Below, in pieces: positions 42,801-51,800 of a stretch of 64,000 nt of DNA (position 1 is its first letter; each line of letters begins with the position of its first letter). The stretch is taken from NCBI RefSeq assembly GCF_964355755.1, contig NC_092672.1, positions 31,006,437-31,070,436 on the forward strand, given 5' to 3'. This stretch comes from Antedon mediterranea. Taxonomy: Eukaryota > Animalia > Echinodermata. The notes beneath the pieces are model-generated. The model had not been told where the DNA came from and searched no databases. It worked only from the letters and a program-made list of their open reading frames with translations. The position numbers and the translations under genes are program-made.

Positions 42801-45800
42801 ATTTAAAAAATATGTTTCTGAAAATCCATATGAGATAATCCTTACTGTTGATGGACCGTTGCCATGTACAATAGAAGGTAGCGTATTGTGTTTTATATTG
42901 TGCAAGAAACTGGCATCATTCAAAAACTTGACTTTCACATCCTCTGAAAACAAATAGATTTTAACAGACTACTTAAAGAATCGGGAGCTTTTGATTGGTC
43001 GACTGATGACTTACAACCTAACTAGGTCATGTCAATTCAGTGTGCACATGCAGGGAATTTAGGATGTGCTTCCTCACTCTCCACCTCCCCACAAGCTTTG
43101 ATAGTTTTTAGGTCCCTAGTAGTTGACAACTGATGACACATCAATTGACATGACCTCTGCAATGGTGCAGTATATCTATCAATCTTTTCAATATATATAC
43201 AGTCTAGTAATTTGTTTTTGTGTACACACTTTTGAATAGTACAATAAACTTTAAAGTCCATAGTCAACCAATTTTTATCTAAAGCTCTGTCTACACTATC
43301 AAACTGTATGCGACAAAAAAATGTGATGTGTGCCCATATGGAAACAATCATATCACTACCAATATTTGGGCACATTACACTTTTGTTGTCAAACTAGTTT
43401 GATAGTGTAGACTGAGCTTTAAAACATCATCAAAATGGTAACTCACAGAAAAGACAAATAAAAGAAGTGGGAAATGCCACCTAATCAGTCCTGGACAAAA
43501 CCTATAGAGGGTGGCAGAAACCATCTAGAATCAGTCATGGTCTAATAACTGTTGATGATTGATGTACTGTAAGGGTTTAGCAATCTAATACTGTACTTAC
43601 GTGTTGCTCCATTAAGGTTTTGAAGAACATAAGCTTCATTATCTAATTTCATTTTCCATGATTTCTAAAAGATTAAAAGAAATTTATAATTTGAAGAATA
43701 AAATATTTTGCTTTGCTTTGGAAACCAGATTCTCAAGCTGTAGGCCTATGTACTTACCAGCAAAAAAACATGATCAAAACCTGAGCCTGACAAAACGTTA
43801 AAAAAGGCAAGGCAGTACCTGTGAATTTTTTTAGTAGTTAAGTCGTTCATTGCATGCTAAGAAACATATTAGAATAAGCAGAATGACTTTACGACTCAGC
43901 AGGACACAAGTGAAGAATCATGAAAATGAAAGGTAGCTAAATCAATTCAATTATTTTGTTTCGACAAGCACTCTGGCCCGAAATTTGTCTTGCTTCTTAC
44001 ATATAAAAAAATGCAATAAAATATATAGGGTTCATATACAGTAGGTCGTTTATTTGACTATAATTTAGATCATGTTTAACTAGGGTTCATTTACAATCAT
44101 AGGCTCAGCAATATTTTCATGTAGTGTATGCATTTCCACAGTGTTTATCTCCATTTCCATATGTCTGTAATGCGGCCAAATTTTCAGTAGTAATTACAGA
44201 CATTCCATAATTACTGTACCTGGATACAGGTCATGAATGCCTTTGTTGTATGTAGCCTACTTTTCTTAAAGCTCTGTCTACACTATCAAACTTTATATGA
44301 CAAAAAAATGTTATGTGCCCAAATATGGTAGTGATATGACATCATCATGTCTATATACAGTATGGGCACATTTTTTTATCACATAAAGTTTGATAGTGTA
44401 GACAGAGCATTAGACAATTGCAAAAGGTACTAAACAAATTTGAATGCACTGGCTATACATTATTAAAAACATTTATTTATTCATATTTACGAATAGGTTG
44501 AAACTCTCCGATTATCTTCTTATCCATTTACTTACTCTTATTTCATCATCTAAGTATAACTTTGTAAAGAATAATTGGTCGTCTGCTGTATTTGCTATAG
44601 GTTTGTGAGTTAACGCTTTCCAAACGTAGTCAGCATAGCCGATGTAAAGACCAGAATTTAAAAACCGGTAGCCCTCAACTTTAGGATATGAATGCTGCAA
44701 AGAGAGAAAATAAAATAATAATCAGTATTACTCGTAGTATAGGTATTTTTTATAGTTTACTTATTGTTAATTAGGTTTCTTTAAGCTCTGTTTACACTAT
44801 CAAACAATAGTTTGACAAAAAAGTGTGAAGTGCCAAAATATGTTTGGTATGCACAAATATGGTAGTGTCCATTATGGGCACATCACATTTTTTTGTCTCA
44901 CAAAGTTTGATAGTGTAGACAGAGCTTTAGAGAGCGAAGGCCATATCAGTAATATCACTGCTTTCCATTGGGGCCCTCTAGAATACATATCATTACTCCA
45001 GTCATTTGTTGGATCAAACATGTTTATGAAAAAATATTCTCATAATGCAGCTATTAATCCGCGCAAATTTGTGTCTTTACCTTGCCAGGTACCCATTTGT
45101 ACACCTGGATTTAAAGGAGCAAAAACGTAAGTAAAGTGTCTTGCCTAGGGATACAAGCAATGCGGCTAGAATCGGAATCGAACCCATGATCTCATGATCA
45201 GTCCAACACACTGCACCACACGCCCTTATGGTACTACTGTACTTCAATATAACATTAGTCTCAATGTATTAGTTTATGCTACAGTACTTGTATAATATAT
45301 TATCAAAAATCAATAATAAACTAACTAGTTTAGGCTAAACATATTGCTGTGTTGCCCAATCCTCACTAACTCAAGATTGATCTGGCTGGTCAGGCTTTAT
45401 CAATGCATCACCCCTGTATAAACAACTTTTCATAAAAGTTTAGATGGATGCCAATTTGTCCTAACGTAGACTTGGGGTAGGATTATTAACCCCACGGTGG
45501 GATTATAATAGAACCTACTGTAGAGTTGGATTATAGACTTCATGTGAGATTTTAAACTCAGGGCGGTATTAAATTTTAGCAAGGACAACTATAACAAGCA
45601 AAATATTTGTTCCAACAGATGGGAATCGGCTCTCCTGACATTTTCATAAATTAAAACAGTACGTAACGCTAAATTTAAAACATGTTTTAGGAATTTTGTT
45701 TTCCGTTTATGTTTTACAGGGGTATTATTTTGTTGTTTTGTATAATGTTGTGATCTAGTCTTCAACCAGACTGCTGTGCTTTTGACAATATAATAAAGTC

Positions 45801-48800
45801 AACTTGATTTTTAAAGTGAAAATGATAATTGAATTCAAAACAGAAAATTCTCTACTGCATGCTCTTTGTTGTGAGAATATTCTGACTGTGACAGGATTTG
45901 AATTTGATCATAGGCCCATGGGATTATTTATTTAATTCATTTCTGCTGTAACCTGCGTACAAATGTGTTAACTCAAATACATTAAAACAAGAATGAGTGT
46001 AATAAAATTATTCAAATGTGAAAACCATAATCATAAAAACTGAAATTATAGGAGAGTCAGTTTGTGTACCTGTATACTGTGTCTATTAGTATTACAAATC
46101 ATATCACTTTGAACATACAAGATCCTTAGTTAGTTAGTTAGTTAGTTCATTTTTATACTGGGTGACCTCTTCTGTCAAAGACTGATCTCCCAGAGGGCCC
46201 TGTTGGTGATCAGTGGCTGTGATGTACTAATACACCGGGGTAACCCCCTACTCGTCTCGAAAGATTTACTAGGTTCTTTAAAGTGCACACGAGCTAGTTG
46301 TGTACACTGGACCTACGGTTTATAGTCCTTATCCGAGAAGACTTGTTCTACCACCAGAACCATGGAGTGAGTGAGCCTCGAACCCTTGCCGATGTTATGG
46401 CTACGTAATTACGGTTCCACTGTCTTAACCGCTCGGCCACTCACTCACTATCTAAACACTTGGTTTTCAACACTAATGTGACTTTGCTTGAGATACAAAA
46501 TCATAACACTGTAAGTCTGAACAACCGCAGTTACATCATCCAGTAATTTATCCTTATAATATGTTCAGTTCTAACATTATTTAAAATTATATTTACATTC
46601 CCTAAATTAAACAGCCTAAAAACACTTGACCGTTCAACACCATGTGACCTTGCTTAAGATACAAAACCATGATATTGTACATCTGAACACACATACAGTA
46701 TCTTAACTTACCCTTAGAGATGTGTCTGGCCAAATATAGTTTTCTGCTCCAAAAACAAGGTTGCAATTTAAATCCTTAAATTTGCGAACTATTTCTTTTA
46801 ATCCTCCTAAAAATATTACATCATAACTGAAACGAAACAAAATATAGAATTTAACCTGACTTCATATTAGCCGATTATCGGACGGTATCTATAATTTGTT
46901 CAGTATCATAGGTAAATTCTAAATACAGAGTCACATATGTATCACAGGATTACTAATCATAGTCTGTATCAAACCTTAACTGGATTAAGATTTGTGCAAC
47001 ACAACCAAATATTTTAATACGCAACAGAGGGGTAAGTGATGGGACAGCCCCTTCAATATGCCTACATTATGATACAGTACCGTACTTGTAACAGTAATAA
47101 TATACATTTCTTTTAGTGGCTCACTAAAACGCATACAAAGCACGAAAATAATTTCTGATTCATTTTAAGCGTTTAAAACAAAATTATATTATTCGGACAT
47201 CTACAGTAGGACAAATAAATAAATTTGTAATCTGTAATAATTCCATACCCATACATAGAAGACTTAACCCGACTATTTTATTTTACCGAAAAGTATATAT
47301 TATTTTAAACAGCACAATAGTTTATATTACCAAGTATTCTTATATTTCATTATATTACATATATGATAATACTCTTTTAAATTGCATTTCTTTGAAACTT
47401 GTAAGCTTTGATAAATTATCTACATCGTATATCAAATGAAGTACGACGAATTCACTACAGTTAGAATCGCTTCAGTGCATCGTGAACGCTAGTCGAAGAG
47501 ACAAAGCTGCCGAGACTAATTGTATCTGACAAAAGACCAAATCCCAAGGCTTATCATTTATAAATACTCTCGTTCCATTGAATAATCACTTATAAGATAC
47601 GCCATTAACAATTAATTTTCTGCAGGAGTAAGTGTTGTTTTGCCAATCCATTCTATGTGTCTGATGTAAATGATTAAAAACTCTTTTATTCTTAGCACCT
47701 GAACGGCAAGAAAAGTAATTTAAAAAATAATTTCATGCTATATTTTGAAAAATATGTAGGTTCAAATCGTGTTTGTATCTTGGATTTTTTCGCTGACGGC
47801 AAGGTTGGTACGAGAGGTCATTTCAAAATGTGCCTTGCTTGTCACATGTTACAACATAACAAACATGGGTGACCAGTGATTAGCGACTGCTAGGTTGGTT
47901 AATCCAGCTTGCTTTGGGTCTATCCATGTGAACAACCAGCTCATGAGCAAGCTCATTTTTGATGAGCCAATTCGAAATAAGCTCACACACATACAAGTTT
48001 TGCAAAACAATAAAATCGGTTGCAATTTTAGCTTTAAATATTTATTCTCAACACATGAAATAAATTAAACATCAATATCTTTGATACCTCTCAGAGGAGA
48101 AAAGTGCATATATTGGTTTATCCAGGTAACCTAGGCATCAATAGCTGTACCTACCTGTCAGTAAATAGAACAATAGTGTCTGGCTCATCTTTATACTTTT
48201 CTTGAGCTTCTATAAATAAATTGACCTTCTGACCTCCGCCAGGAAACCTTTGTAAATCTCCTCCTACCCATTGCTTATGCATTCCTAAAACCTGAAAAAA
48301 AAAACAAGAAAAAACAAAATAATAGTTAATAGTAAATGCCTCAATTGATGGTTAGTAAAGTTACAGCAGAACCCATCCTTTTGGACACCCAAATTTAAAA
48401 CAAAAGAGGAGCAAAATTTACAGTATGTTTTAACACTTATGATCAACACTTCAGGGGACACCTCTATAAAGCCTGTTTTCCTGTCTGTTTGAAAACGATC
48501 AAGTTGAAATGATAACGATAGCGAGTACCTTTTCCTGTAAATCGTTAACATTTCAATGTTTACGTAGAAGATCGCCGATTATTGTTAACGATAGCGTCGA
48601 ATAACGTCGACAGGAAAACAGGCTTTAAGGGGGCAGATTTGTTGGGTCCTGAAGGTGTCTCTTATTATAGATTCTACTGTAGTGTTTTACTTTTGATTGT
48701 TAACAATACTGTGTAATGATGCTTTAATTACAGTGCTTATCTGCCTTTAATAAGTTTAATATTAATATTGTGTTGTGTATGTATTTTGTATCTTTTTCAA

Positions 48801-51800
48801 CAATAGCATTAAAATCAAATCAAAGTGAGTGGTCACATCGGGAGGCTCATCTGTACTGTATGTGAAAAGGTGTATAAATGATAATTTGTAGACACCATAT
48901 ACAATATGTTTCAATACTTGACACCATTAAGATGTTCTCGGGTGACCACTTGAAATCGGAAGCACAGACCAACATCATACACCAGAAGCTGTATGACAAC
49001 TGTAATCGCATTATTTTGGGTTAAACTCTATACTTTAGAAATACATTCTCGCTCATGTAAAGCCTGTCTGTCTGCCTGTCCATGGGTTTGACCTACACTA
49101 CAAAACCATCTTCCCAAACCCAATAAAGTGAAATTGCTGGCCTACGACGGTACTTTACTTTTACAGTACACTACTATTTCTCTGTTTTATCTGTTAAAGG
49201 CACACTAAAATCATTTTGTTTGAGATACTTTTTCGTTGTGCATATTGTTAATGTTATGTAAATATTAGCCCATTTCATTGGTTTTGTGTAGCAATACTGC
49301 CTGACAAATTTGTTAATGAATATTTTCACTTGTAAAACATTGTTAAGCTCTGTCTGACAATATCAAACTATTTTTTTTAAAGTGCGATACGCCCATATTA
49401 TGGCCGTATCACATTTTTTTTGTCACATAACCTTTGATAGTGTAGACAGAGCATTAGACAGTTTCTCTAGGTTTACAATTTTTGCTTTAAAAATGATCAT
49501 TACAAGCCAAGTATATAATATAGTATTTTGAAATTAGTTAATTTAATAGTTAATTATGTAGAGCTTACTAAAAGAAATTACTAGAACACAAATGAATTAT
49601 CTTCAGGACATACTGTACACAAATTTAATTTCTTACTTTACTTTAAAATTCTTCTTACGACAGCCCAATTAGCCCAAAAAACCCATGGGACATATATAAA
49701 AAAGGCCTGTATACAGCATATTAAGGAAAACCAATCAACCTATTCAATAACCAAAACAAATTAAAAGAAAGTTACAATTACATACAGTACTGGTTATAAA
49801 TATTGTTTTCAGATATTTGCTGATTTTGCACATGGTTGCAAATTACTGATTCAAAGTTCAGATTAAATACAAATATAGCAGAACGCCTCCTAACATAAAC
49901 AAACAATACAACAACATTACAACAACCCTTATCTGGAGGAAACCTTACTTTAAGTAGAAAAAAGTAGAAAACATACAGGTTCAACTCTCCCAATACCGGA
50001 CTCTCTGAAAACTGGACTTTTCTTGAAATCAAGTGCCCCTAAACAGGTGTCCCAATAGGGTTTTCTATCTACTATAAAATAAATTCAGCCGATTCTAAAA
50101 GTTGGTACAACCAAACCTGATTTTTCATTTAAAATCTACATTACAAATTATAGTAAACATTATAGAATTATATTCCTTTTTTTTATTCGGTCAACTGTGA
50201 AGAGAGAGATTATAAAAAAATACAAACATGATTACAGGTGTTTTATGAAAGGAAATGAAAGGAAATTAAATGAAACCATAAAGCATTAATAATGTATTTT
50301 CAACTCTACTCTTTCTCAAATATATATGGTTTTTATTTTTCACATAAACTGTAAAAGTGTACAGTAATAACCATTGTTAATTACATTTAAATTATCCTCT
50401 TTCTTTCTTTTATTTTTTGGAGACATCAGGAGAAAGAAGTGTCCAATCTTTGTTTAATTTTCATGTAAAATGACTTACCTGAACTTTGACCCCATGTTGT
50501 TCACACGACTTCCTGTATCTCAGAAATCCATCTGTTTCATTGGTTGCTACAGTGAAGACGACAACTTTCTGTCCATTTACTAATAGAAAAAAAGTACATT
50601 AACAATTAAATATGCTATTAAAATAATTGCATACAGCTTCCTATGTTCAAAGCCAAGCCAGACCCATGTTGTCATTATTTAGTACTGTACTAAAATTGCA
50701 TCATCCCACATTACTTCCTTTATATCAATGTATACTGTACAAAACTCGATTCATCAACTACTATGAATAGAGAAGTACAGTAGTTATTAAAGCCTCTGCT
50801 AATTTTAATAATTGTAACAGATTACCAACCAAGTGAGAAAAACCATTTGTTCCCCTAATAATAATAAGGTATTGTTATATCATCTTTACTGCATGAGGTA
50901 CTGTATGTATAATTTGTGTGTATATATAGGCCAAGATTTAATAAATAACAGTGCCGTAAATAATTTTGCCGAAGTTCTTGGGGTGGTGAATTTTATTTTT
51001 CTTTTTTTTTTGTTCTTTTTATACTTTAATAAGATCTTTCTTTATTTTCTTTCTTTCTTTATTTTACCTATGATATAAATTATAAACAAACAAGGGCTAA
51101 AAAATAGTTAAAACTAATCAAGTTCAGCCCCTAAACATTGAAATATAAATAGTTCATTTCAAATGGTATACTATACTCTATCAGAAAAACCAAAATAAAT
51201 GTTCTTTTACTTCAAATTTTATCAAAAATATCTGCTGTACTGTTCTGCACCCAGTATGGGTGTCAGTAGCAACCACATTATTATGCTCAGTCTACACTAT
51301 CATACTTTATGGGACAAAATCAATTTACTTACAGTACAGTATGATGTGCTCATATATGGACATGATGATGTCATATCACTATCATATTTAAGCATATCAC
51401 TACCACCATATACGGGCACATCACACTTTTTTGACAAACTAGTTTGATACCGATAGTGTAGACAGAGCTTTAAAGGATGCAGTTTGGAAGAGGAACCTTC
51501 AGTTTTAAAAACATGTGATAGTCATTGTCAACAAATAAACAGTGCTTTATTTAAGTATTATTTCAAAAAGCCTGATTTATCTAACTAATGCATGGGAATG
51601 TTTCTCTTGCCTATGCTGACCATGAAAATATCGTAGAAGCTCTATTAAAAGGGACACATTTGGGACCTAACAACCGTAATTGGGGTGTCTTCTGATTAGC
51701 GGATGACCCACTACTGTATCTGCTAAATTTGTACTCTCAAAAAAGTGTTTAAATTAAACTATGGACCTATACAGTAGGTGCATGATTAAACCAGTGGTTG

